This document shows positions 6,334-13,779 of a DNA stretch of 13,953 bases, piece by piece. Source of the DNA: Candidatus Woesearchaeota archaeon (lineage in GTDB: Archaea; Nanobdellota; Nanobdellia; Nanobdellales; CAZNIQ01); contig CAZNIQ010000018.1 of assembly GCA_964573185.1 (NCBI GenBank), positions 1-13,953 of the forward strand. The letters are read 5' to 3'. The notes beneath the pieces are model-generated. The model saw only the letters and a program-made list of their open reading frames with translations. It made no database searches and was not told the DNA's origin. Position numbers and translations under genes: made by a program. The number at the start of each line of letters is the position of its first letter. The stretch's first letter is position 1.

Positions 6334-7857
6334 TTAGAATTCTAAAAACAGCAGTTTAATTAAGGGATCAGTAGAAGTGGGCCTTATATATTCGCTCTTC
6401 TCTACCTTCTTAAGTACTTGTAAATATTTCGTTGGAAATATCTTGCCTTTTTTATAGTACTCATACCCTCCCCTTAATTTTTCTAAAGTTATTTGATGAT
6501 GTTCAAAACGAGGAAATAGCTTATGCAAGATGGGATCATCGATTCCTGAAATTTCATCGTAGAATATTGATGCTAAACGATTAAATATACGAGAGTATCG
6601 GGATAATACTATATCTTCTACTATTTTTTCTAAAATACTTGGATTATTGATATATGTTGAACATCTTACACGACCCTTCTGTCCTTCCACTCTATATAGA
6701 AGAACACGATCCACTATCATTTCCTTGCAATCCTTATTTTTGGGATCATAATCAATTTTTACACGAATGCTAAGTGCAATCTTTTTATCGCCTCTTGCAA
6801 TAGGAAGTATGTAAGAGGCTCTCTTACAGGAACATTCTCCTTTGCTCTCCTTTGTACATTTAAAGGAACCTATTTCAAAAATATTTTTATCTAAGAGACC
6901 TCTACAAAATTTGTCAAGTATAGGTTTTATAAAAGATTCTATGTATTCTTTTTTTAATTCCTGCTTTCTTTTTTCAATTGCTTTAAGGACATTTGAATAC
7001 GATTTAACTATATTTTCTATCTCTACAGCATCTATTACTCCATCTTTTATAAGGTTTGCTAATATTAGATAAGGATCTAAACGTAGCATCCTTTCTAGGC
7101 CTCTTATGCCCAAGTACTGTATAAGTAAGGATATATATCTAGGTACTGTAAAAATGTACAACCAACCAGTATTATATTTTGGAACTAATACGTCTAAGAT
7201 ATGCTTTACAGCTTGCCTATTTGTCCAATATATATGATAAATATCACTTGGTCGTATTTCGTCACCTAGACCATAATATAATATTTTATAGGGTTTATTT
7301 AAGTCTTCAAAATCAGTTATTATTATAAGCTTTTCAGCCTGAGTTCTTTCCCACATAGTCCTGATAAAACGCCCGAGATTTCGCATCAACATTATTTGTT
7401 TTTGCTGGACTCTACTCAAATTATGCATATTTCTATATAAATAAGAAATTCTTTCTTCTAAAGACATTGTATACAATTTCTTAAAATCAGCATCTTCCCT
7501 TACAAGTTTTTTCATTATATTATATAGAGCATAATGTACGTCATCGATTACTAGAACCTTTGGATCCTTTTCTTGATGTTTGATTTCAAAAACATTATCC
7601 TTTAAATTATAAGTAATGTAGACAAAGGGGATCTCTCTTGTTAATAAATATAACAGAGTTTGTAGGGTCTTTCCGGAACCCTTCGGTCCGGCAATTGATA
7701 TTACTCGCCAATGTCTTGAAAATGCTTCTTCAAAGTTCTCTATAAATTCTTTTGATAATAAAGCCTCAAGTTCTGAAACGATTGGATAGTTAAGGATGTA
7801 TCTCTCTGCTTTAGGCTGTGAAATAACCTGCAGTATTATATTTTTATCTACTATCAT
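6334..7857 (-). CDS. Orphan P-loop NTPase (AAA/archaeal-ATPase-like N-terminal domain) with an unrecognised ~300-aa C-terminal region containing a Cys cluster
   Basis: Walker A is GPKGSGKT (7666..7689) and Walker B is VLVIDDVHYAL (7540..7557). The C-terminal part contains FKCTKESKGECSCK plus two further Cys within about 75 aa. I place the start at Met25 of the ORF-track protein (ATG 7857..7855) rather than 7929. A TTTAAAAA box lies 26-27 nt upstream of 7857, and a 7929 start would leave only 39 bp for two divergent promoters. Confidence 0.6.
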   Translation of the reverse strand: MIVDKNIILQVISQPKAERYILNYPIVSELEALLSKEFIENFEEAFSRHWRVISIAGPKGSGKTLQTLLYLLTREIPFVYITYNLKDNVFEIKHQEKDPKVLVIDDVHYALYNIMKKLVREDADFKKLYTMSLEERISYLYRNMHNLSRVQQKQIMLMRNLGRFIRTMWERTQAEKLIIITDFEDLNKPYKILYYGLGDEIRPSDIYHIYWTNRQAVKHILDVLVPKYNTGWLYIFTVPRYISLLIQYLGIRGLERMLRLDPYLILANLIKDGVIDAVEIENIVKSYSNVLKAIEKRKQELKKEYIESFIKPILDKFCRGLLDKNIFEIGSFKCTKESKGECSCKRASYILPIARGDKKIALSIRVKIDYDPKNKDCKEMIVDRVLLYRVEGQKGRVRCSTYINNPSILEKIVEDIVLSRYSRIFNRLASIFYDEISGIDDPILHKLFPRFEHHQITLEKLRGGYEYYKKGKIFPTKYLQVLKKVEKSEYIRPTSTDPLIKLLFLEF

Positions 7858-7879
7858 GATAAAACAATTGAGATCTATT

Positions 7880-7887
7880 TTTTTAAA
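7880..7887 (-). promoter_or_regulatory. TATA-like box (TTTAAAAA on the minus strand) for the orphan ATPase gene
   Basis: The box is centred 26-27 nt upstream of ATG 7857. This is the spacing expected between an archaeal TATA box and the TSS of a leaderless mRNA. Confidence 0.4.
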
Positions 7888-7905
7888 TATTACGAAGTAT
7901 CCAAA

Positions 7906-7917
7906 AGAACGCGTTCT
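7906..7917. promoter_or_regulatory. 12-bp perfect palindrome AGAACGCGTTCT between two divergent TATA boxes; candidate transcription-factor site
   Basis: The sequence equals its own reverse complement. It is the only G+C-rich patch in the 111-bp divergent intergenic region, and it lies upstream of both candidate TATA boxes. Confidence 0.35.
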
Positions 7918-7939
7918 AAGTGCAACCAAATAATTCTTA

Positions 7940-7948
7940 TTAATTATA
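7940..7948 (+). promoter_or_regulatory. TATA-like box (TTAATTATA) for bud32
   Basis: The box is centred about 25 nt upstream of ATG 7969. No Shine-Dalgarno motif lies between them, which is consistent with a leaderless transcript. Confidence 0.4.
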
Positions 7949-7968
7949 CGTTTATGCTACCATAAAGG

Positions 7969-8592
7969 ATGAAAAAAATCAAAATAGCGATGGGTGCTGA
8001 GGCGGTAATTTACTTAGTTAAGGAAAATAACAAAATTTATGTTCTAAAAGAAAGGATAGAAAAGAAATATAGACATCCTATAATTGATAAAAGATTTAGG
8101 AAATATAGAACGAGAAGGGAAACAAAAATTATACAAAAATTAAACGAAATAGGCATCCCTTGTCCAAAGCTATTAGAAGTAAATGAAGATCAGTATTATA
8201 TAAAGATGGAATATATCAATGGCAGAAAGCTTTCGGAAATTCTTGAAAATTTAGATTATAAAAAAATTTGCAGAGAAATCGGGTATTATGTTGGACTAAT
8301 GCATAAGAACAATATAATTCATGGGGATCTCACAACTTCAAATATATTATACAAAGATGGTAAAATTTATTTTATTGATTTTGGCTTAAGTTTCTTTTCA
8401 TCTAGAATAGAAGATAAAGCAGTGGATATTCACTTATTTAAAGAAGCTTTAGAATCCAAGCATTGGAAAATTTGGAAAGAGTGTTTTGAAGAATTCTTGA
8501 AAGGATATAAAGAAGCTTATCCGGAAGAGTATGAAAAAATTATTAAAAGATTTGAAGAAGTGGAAAGGAGGGGAAGATATAAAAGTGTTTAA
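7969..8592 (+). CDS. bud32: Bud32/PRPK-type atypical protein kinase, KEOPS complex subunit (tRNA t6A pathway)
   Basis: The motifs are GAEAVIY near the N-terminus, KERIEKKYRHPIIDKRFRKYRTRRE, the catalytic loop HGDLTTSN, IDFGLS, EDKAVDIHLF and the C-terminal RRGRY. Together these are the full Bud32/RIO-like signature set at the typical size of about 200 aa. Confidence 0.9.
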   Translation: MKKIKIAMGAEAVIYLVKENNKIYVLKERIEKKYRHPIIDKRFRKYRTRRETKIIQKLNEIGIPCPKLLEVNEDQYYIKMEYINGRKLSEILENLDYKKICREIGYYVGLMHKNNIIHGDLTTSNILYKDGKIYFIDFGLSFFSSRIEDKAVDIHLFKEALESKHWKIWKECFEEFLKGYKEAYPEEYEKIIKRFEEVERRGRYKSV

Positions 8593-8606
8593 GATTAGAT
8601 TTTAAA

Positions 8607-9272
8607 GTGATAGCTCTAGCTGTAGGAGATATACATGCTCCTATATATTTTAATTTCTTTAAAGAGGCATTAGAAGAGATATATGTGGAACCGGAGGTTG
8701 TTTTTCTTTTGGGCGATATAATTGATACAGGTAGACATCATTATTTAAAAAAAGTCTATGAAACTATAAAGCAGAAATTTCCTAATGCAAAAATATTCTC
8801 CGTTTTTGGTAACAACGAATATTTTGAAATTAGACAATTTCTTAAAAAAGAGTATCATTACTTTAATTGGTTAGACGATGAAGCAGTTGAATTAAATGAC
8901 TATATAATAATAGGTACAGAAGGAATATTAGATAAGCTAACTCTTTGGCAAAGAAAACATATGCCATTTCTTAAAGACTTATGGAATAAAAGATTAGAAA
9001 AATTAAAATCTTTATTTGAAAAATACAAAGATAAAAAAATTATTTTATTAAGTCACTATGCTCCTGTTTGTAAAACCTGTGAAGGCGATCCTGCTCCAAG
9101 ATATTACTTATGCTCAAAAAGATTTGAAGAGTTAATTAGAAAATACCAACCAGATTACGTATTTCACGCTCACTGTCATATGGCCAAAATTTTGGAAACA
9201 ACAATCGGAAAAACAAAAGTTTATAACGCTAGCCTATATGCTAGAAACGAGCTACTTGTTCTTGAAATATAA
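8607..9272 (+). CDS. Calcineurin-like metallophosphoesterase
   Basis: The motifs appear in order: GDIH (residues 7-10), LGDIID, GNNE (variant of GNH[DE]), SHYAP and HAHCH. The start must be GTG 8607, because an in-frame stop lies at 8580 and no ATG precedes the GDIH motif. The gap to bud32 is only 14 nt. Confidence 0.8.
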   Translation: MIALAVGDIHAPIYFNFFKEALEEIYVEPEVVFLLGDIIDTGRHHYLKKVYETIKQKFPNAKIFSVFGNNEYFEIRQFLKKEYHYFNWLDDEAVELNDYIIIGTEGILDKLTLWQRKHMPFLKDLWNKRLEKLKSLFEKYKDKKIILLSHYAPVCKTCEGDPAPRYYLCSKRFEELIRKYQPDYVFHAHCHMAKILETTIGKTKVYNASLYARNELLVLEI

Positions 9273-9286
9273 TTTTAGATCTTTTT
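9273..9286 (+). terminator. Oligo-T tracts (TTTT, TTTTT) directly after the metallophosphoesterase stop; candidate archaeal terminator
   Basis: The sequence TAA TTTTAGATCTTTTT follows the stop immediately. Archaeal termination commonly uses short T runs. No stem-loop is required, and I did not identify one. Confidence 0.3.
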
Positions 9287-9341
9287 CTATAAATCTCAAT
9301 TTTGCTCTTAAATATATTTTTCACGTTGTTTATATCATTGA

Positions 9342-9356
9342 TAAAAATTTTTTAAG
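9342..9356 (+). promoter_or_regulatory. TATA-like A/T block (ATAAAAATTTTTTAA) for leuS
   Basis: It lies 21-35 nt upstream of ATG 9377 in the only sizeable plus-strand intergenic gap. No GGAGG-type motif precedes the ATG. Confidence 0.35.
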
Positions 9357-9376
9357 GAAATTGTCAAGGATATTAA

Positions 9377-12193
9377 ATGGATTTTAGAAAAATAGAAGAA
9401 AAATGGCAAAAGATTTGGGAGGAGAAAAAAGTTTTTGAACCCGAAGTAGATGAATCCAAACCAAAGTTCTTCCTAACAGTTCCTTATCCGTATATGTCTG
9501 GTTTGCTTCATTTGGGAAATGCTTACACTTTTGCGAGAGGAGAGTTTATTGCAAGATTCAAAAGATTAAAAGGATTTAACGTCCTTTGGCCCCAAGGGTG
9601 GCATATTACTGGTGCACCAATTGTCGCAAAGGCTTTAAGATTAAAAGAAGGCGATCCAAAAATAATTAAGGAATTAGAAGATTATGGAATACCAAAAGAA
9701 GATTGGGAGAAATTAAAGACACCAGAAGGATGGGCTATGTATTTTATAGAGAAAAATAGAGAAGCTTTCAAAAAATTTGGATTTTCTATTGATTGGAGAA
9801 GAGAATTCTATACCTCTTATTTGAACCCATGGTATTCTAAGTTCATCGAATGGCAGTATAGGAAACTGAAGGAAAAAGGATTAATTACTAAAGGAGAGCA
9901 TCCAGTTGTTTGGGATCCAAAAGTAAATATGGTTATCGGAGATCATGATAGACCTGATGAATACGCAGGTATAGGACCGATAGAGGGATACATAATTAAA
10001 TTTAAAGGAGAGTATAAAGGTAAAGAAGTTATTTTTCCAGCTTTTACTCTAAGACCTGAAACCATTTATGGCGTTACAAACATTTGGATAAATCCTGAAG
10101 CAAAATATATTTTAGCTAAAGTAAATAATGAATATTGGATCTTACCAAAAACTATTGTTATTGAGGAATTAAAGAATCAAGATTTTAATGTTGAAATTTT
10201 AGAAGAAATTGATCCAAAAGAATTATTAGGCAAATTTGTTGAGAATCCCGTAACTAAAGAAAAAGTTCCAATTTTACCAGCAAAATTCGTTGACCCTGAG
10301 ATCGGTACGGGAATTGTAATGTCTGTTCCGGCTCACGCTCCTTATGATTACATTGCTTTGAGAGATATCGTTGAAGGAAAATATTTTCCAGAGTTCAAGG
10401 AATTGGCTGAAAAAGCTTTGAAATCTATGAAATCTTTATTCAAAGTAGAAGGATTTTCAGAATATCCCGCAAAAGATATCGTAGAGAAAATGGGAATAAA
10501 ATCGCAAGAAGAGAAAGAGAAACTAGAAAAAGCTACACAGGAAATATATTCAAAAGAATTCTATCATGGTGTTTTAAAAGAGATTTATGGAAAATATGCT
10601 GGCAAGAAAATACATGAAGTAAAAGAGGAATTTGCGAAAGAATTAATTGAAAAAGGAATTGCTATCAAATATTATACTTTACCTATAAGATTTAAATCAA
10701 GGTATGGTGGTAAAGTAATTGTAAAGATAGTAAAAGATCAATGGTTCATTAGATATTCAGATCCAGAATGGAAGAAGCTTGCTCCTGAGTGTGTGGACCA
10801 GATGAGATTTATTCCTGAAGAAATAAGGAAAATGTTTCATCAAACAATAGATTGGCTAAGGGATTGGGCTTTTACGCACAAAAGAGAGTTAGGAACTCCT
10901 TTGCCATGGGATCCCGATTGGACGATAGAATCTTTATCTGACTCAACAATCTACATGGCTTATTATACAATAGCGCACCTAATTAAAAAGATTCCGCCAG
11001 AAAAAATTGAAGATGATTTATTTGATTATGTTTTCTTAGGAAAAGGAGATGAGAAAAAGTTAGTAGAAAAATATGGAGAAATAATTAAAGAAATGAGAAA
11101 AGAGTTTACCTATTGGTATCCTGTTGATCTAAGAACATCTGGTAAGGATTTAATACAAAATCACCTAACATTCTTTATATTTCACCACGTAGCTATATTT
11201 CCAAAAGAATATTGGCCTAGGGCAATAGCAATTAACGGTTGGGTTCTTATGGAAGGAAGAAAAATGTCAAAATCATTGGGTAACGTTATTCCGATGTTAA
11301 AAGCGATAGAACAATATCCCGCTGACGTTATAAGATTCTTACTAGCCTATGCTGGAAACTCTGGTTTAGATGATGCCAATATCGAGTGGTCAAAAGCTAA
11401 AGAAATAGAAGAAGAGTTAAAAAAGTGGTACGAGTTTGCTGTTGAAAACTACGGAAAGGGAAAAGAAGAAAGAACATTAATAGATGAATGGTTTGAAAAC
11501 TACTTAAACAAAGTGATAAAAGAAGTTGAAAAGGAATATGAGAATATGAACTTTAGAAATGTTTTAATTAAAGGTTGGTACGAATTGCAAAATGCTTTCA
11601 GATGGTATCAAAGATTTGGGGAGTCTAATAAAGACGTCCTAAAAAGATTCATTGAAGTACAAACATTAATACTTTATCCAATCTGCCCACATCTTTGTTC
11701 AGAAATCCTCGAAAAGATAAAAAGTTTCGAGTTTGCTTTATATCCGAAATGGCCAGAAGCAAAAGAACATAATGAAGAGATAGCAAAAGTAAAAGATTTC
11801 ATCGAAAATCTAAGATCCGATATTTTAAGAATAATCCAGATAACTAAAAAACAACCGAAAGAGATTAAAATAATAGTTGCCAAAGAAGAGAAATATAAAA
11901 TCTTTGATAGAGCTAAAGAATTGTTGAAAGAAGTTAAGCTAAAGGACTTAATGAGAAAGCTTGTTGAAGAGTTTGGAAAAGAGGTAATATCAATAGCTCA
12001 AAGAATATTTAAAGATCCAGGATTATTAGAAACTTATCTTTCAAGAGATATGGAATTAAAGATATTAAGAGAAATAAAAGATACTTTGGAGAAAGAATTT
12101 AATGCTAAAGTTATAATAGAAAAGGAAGAAGAGTCTAAAGAAGAAAAGGCCAAAGGAGCTTTGCCGGGAAAGCCAGCAATAGTTTTAAAATAG
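9377..12193 (+). CDS. leuS: Leucyl-tRNA synthetase, archaeal type
   Basis: The 938-aa protein has a HIGH-region reading PYMSGLLHLGNAYTF (9509..9520) and KMSKS at 11261..11275. CP1 editing blocks are TLRPETIYGVT and GTGIVMSVPAHAPYDY. WHITGAPI and the C-terminal ALPGKPAIVLK are typical of archaeal LeuRS. Confidence 0.95.
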   Translation: MDFRKIEEKWQKIWEEKKVFEPEVDESKPKFFLTVPYPYMSGLLHLGNAYTFARGEFIARFKRLKGFNVLWPQGWHITGAPIVAKALRLKEGDPKIIKELEDYGIPKEDWEKLKTPEGWAMYFIEKNREAFKKFGFSIDWRREFYTSYLNPWYSKFIEWQYRKLKEKGLITKGEHPVVWDPKVNMVIGDHDRPDEYAGIGPIEGYIIKFKGEYKGKEVIFPAFTLRPETIYGVTNIWINPEAKYILAKVNNEYWILPKTIVIEELKNQDFNVEILEEIDPKELLGKFVENPVTKEKVPILPAKFVDPEIGTGIVMSVPAHAPYDYIALRDIVEGKYFPEFKELAEKALKSMKSLFKVEGFSEYPAKDIVEKMGIKSQEEKEKLEKATQEIYSKEFYHGVLKEIYGKYAGKKIHEVKEEFAKELIEKGIAIKYYTLPIRFKSRYGGKVIVKIVKDQWFIRYSDPEWKKLAPECVDQMRFIPEEIRKMFHQTIDWLRDWAFTHKRELGTPLPWDPDWTIESLSDSTIYMAYYTIAHLIKKIPPEKIEDDLFDYVFLGKGDEKKLVEKYGEIIKEMRKEFTYWYPVDLRTSGKDLIQNHLTFFIFHHVAIFPKEYWPRAIAINGWVLMEGRKMSKSLGNVIPMLKAIEQYPADVIRFLLAYAGNSGLDDANIEWSKAKEIEEELKKWYEFAVENYGKGKEERTLIDEWFENYLNKVIKEVEKEYENMNFRNVLIKGWYELQNAFRWYQRFGESNKDVLKRFIEVQTLILYPICPHLCSEILEKIKSFEFALYPKWPEAKEHNEEIAKVKDFIENLRSDILRIIQITKKQPKEIKIIVAKEEKYKIFDRAKELLKEVKLKDLMRKLVEEFGKEVISIAQRIFKDPGLLETYLSRDMELKILREIKDTLEKEFNAKVIIEKEEESKEEKAKGALPGKPAIVLK

Positions 12194-12214
12194 ACACCTA
12201 AATATATATTTTTT

Positions 12215-12604
12215 ATGAAAATGAGAATACATCTTCTAATTCCTATAATTTTAATTGTTACTTTATTTTTCTCAATTTTTTATTTCAAACCGCAACGAGG
12301 AAACTATAATGAATATAGAGAGGTTATAGAGGCATGCGTAAATCTTTGTTTATATGCAAAAAGTCAAGGAGTAAAACTAGAATCACAATGCTTATCAGAT
12401 CTTTTTCCTCATCTTTGGAAATACAAAGATTGGGTTTGTGATGTTGCACACTGGCCTAGGAAAGAAATAGATAACCTACCGCAAAACCAATGTAAAGATT
12501 GGTGGGTAAAAGCTAAGAATTTTGTAGAAGTAGATCCAAACTGTAAACCAATAAGAATATTTGTATATGGAAAGATGAGCCAGCCAATGGTTATTAAAGA
12601 ATAA
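12215..12604 (+). CDS. Small N-terminally anchored/secreted Cys-rich protein, unknown function
   Basis: The 129-aa protein begins MKMRIHLLIPIILIVTLFFSIFYFKP (basic N-terminus plus hydrophobic helix). A hydrophilic domain follows with 6 Cys (positions 41, 45, 59, 75, 93, 110) and several Trp. I recognise no family. Confidence 0.6.
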   Translation: MKMRIHLLIPIILIVTLFFSIFYFKPQRGNYNEYREVIEACVNLCLYAKSQGVKLESQCLSDLFPHLWKYKDWVCDVAHWPRKEIDNLPQNQCKDWWVKAKNFVEVDPNCKPIRIFVYGKMSQPMVIKE

Positions 12605-12699
12605 TGGAGCTTGATATAATAATTATGATAATCCTAGCGATCGCAGGATTAGTAGTAGCAGTTTTCTTGCTTAATGCATTTGTTCTAAAAATACTATGA
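12604..12699 (+). CDS. 31-aa single-TM micro-protein (not in ORF track)
   Basis: Read by hand: ATG at 12604 overlaps the previous stop (TAATG). The translation is MELDIIIMIILAIAGLVVAVFLLNAFVLKIL. Its TGA at 12697..12699 overlaps the next ATG (ATGA). It exactly fills an otherwise non-coding gap. Confidence 0.45.
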   Translation: MELDIIIMIILAIAGLVVAVFLLNAFVLKIL

Positions 12700-12845
12700 T
12701 TGAGAAAATAGTGAAAATAATTTTTATATTGATAATTTTAGTATTGTTGTTAGTATTATTAATGTCGTACTTCAAACCTAACGTAAAAAGTTTAAATGAA
12801 ACGAAAAACAAAATATTAGAGAAGTGGCATGAAATCTCAACTTAA
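12696..12845 (+). CDS. 49-aa single-TM micro-protein (not in ORF track)
   Basis: Read by hand: the translation is MIEKIVKIIFILIILVLLLVLLMSYFKPNVKSLNETKNKILEKWHEIST, with stop TAA at 12843..12845. The anchor plus the YFKP motif mirrors the N-terminus of the 129-aa protein at 12215. It overlaps the next gene by 17 nt. Confidence 0.5.
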   Translation: MIEKIVKIIFILIILVLLLVLLMSYFKPNVKSLNETKNKILEKWHEIST

Positions 12846-13779
12846 ATTAATAGTTGTTGCAATATCCGGAATTCTTTTTATGGCAGTTTTTCTTGGAATA
12901 CTAAGTACTATAGCGAAAGCTGGTAGCATGTATATGAGAACACAAGTATGCAAACTAAAAGCAGCGATAGATTATATTACTGATATAAAAACAAGAATTT
13001 TGGAAAGAGTCTTACCCTTTGGGATTTTTGTTACATCAACCACTTGTGACATAGATGTTGAAGTTGATAGTTCTTGGGCAGAGTATTATGCTGAAAAAGC
13101 AAAAACGAAAGATTATTTAAACGACAAATTTAAGAAGTTTCTAAGTGCCATATACAAAGCCTGTTCTTTAGATTGGGATACTATAAATATTAACAAAAAT
13201 ATCAAAGAAAATATTAAAAGAGAGTGTACCGTTTTGCTAACTTTAACTTCTTTAGCAGATGCTATTAGAGATACATGGATTACTTTTCACGGGGCGGACC
13301 AGAATGTAAAGGTTTATAAAATAACTATTCCAAAGGAATTCCCCTATACAGTTATAACCACGTCAGATGTTTATCCTATTATAGCTATTTTTTATTATCA
13401 AGATGAACCAAGATATGAGGATAGTGAAGTCAAACCCTACAGAGAAAATAGTCTATTTGTCAATACAGTATGCTCCATATACGGAGTCCTCAAACATATT
13501 ATTTGCTCCAATGTTAAGAATGGACATGTAGAGAGTGAAAATTTAAAAGAAATCTGCAACAGTTTACCTAATTATAACAATTGTGAAAAGGAAGTAATAA
13601 ACTCCTTGCAAAGGTTGGATGACTATTTGAAAACTCTAAGTACTTTAGGAAACAGTGATTATGGTTTGTGGAAAGGAGATGGAGGCGACTTTTTAAATAA
13701 AATAAAAGAAAAGAACGTAGTGTACATTGCATGGTGTAAAGGACAAGTTGTTTTAGACGAAGATAACTGGCCCTGCTAA
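12829..13779 (+). CDS. N-terminally anchored Cys-rich extracytoplasmic protein, unknown function
   Basis: The 316-aa protein has the TM helix LIVVAISGILFMAVFLGILSTI. The ectodomain has 10 Cys (41, 73, 112, 133, 215, 226, 243, 252, 303, 316), the last being the C-terminal residue. I recognise no family. Confidence 0.65.
   Translation: MKSQLKLIVVAISGILFMAVFLGILSTIAKAGSMYMRTQVCKLKAAIDYITDIKTRILERVLPFGIFVTSTTCDIDVEVDSSWAEYYAEKAKTKDYLNDKFKKFLSAIYKACSLDWDTININKNIKENIKRECTVLLTLTSLADAIRDTWITFHGADQNVKVYKITIPKEFPYTVITTSDVYPIIAIFYYQDEPRYEDSEVKPYRENSLFVNTVCSIYGVLKHIICSNVKNGHVESENLKEICNSLPNYNNCEKEVINSLQRLDDYLKTLSTLGNSDYGLWKGDGGDFLNKIKEKNVVYIAWCKGQVVLDEDNWPC

Noticed and set aside
6842-7072. 76-aa plus-strand ORF antisense to the orphan ATPase
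   Set aside because: It is a shadow ORF within a longer motif-bearing gene on the other strand.
7858-7929. 24-codon N-terminal extension (MVALRTRSFGYFVIFKKIDLNCFI) of the ATPase as given in the ORF track
   Set aside because: It would consume the TATA-like box and the palindrome and leave only 39 bp for two divergent promoters. The internal ATG at 7857 has a TATA box at the canonical distance. I kept it as an alternative only.
7969-8592. Stand-alone Bud32 without adjacent Kae1 as an anomaly
   Set aside because: Separate kae1 and bud32 genes are normal in many archaea, and the fusion is lineage-specific. This is not unusual.
9273-9376. Possible C/D-box sRNA or other small RNA in the largest intergenic gap
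   Set aside because: I found no RUGAUGA C box paired with a CUGA D box on either strand and no G+C-rich stem. The region is better explained as terminator T-tracts plus the leuS promoter.
11674-11883. 69-aa minus-strand ORF antisense to leuS
   Set aside because: It lies inside the continuous 938-aa LeuRS frame. It is an antisense artefact.
12637-12644. GCGATCGC 8-bp palindrome, a G+C-rich island in AT-rich DNA
   Set aside because: It lies within the 31-aa micro-ORF, encoding the Ala/Ile part of the TM helix (LAIAG). It has no partner site or promoter context, so it is probably coincidental.
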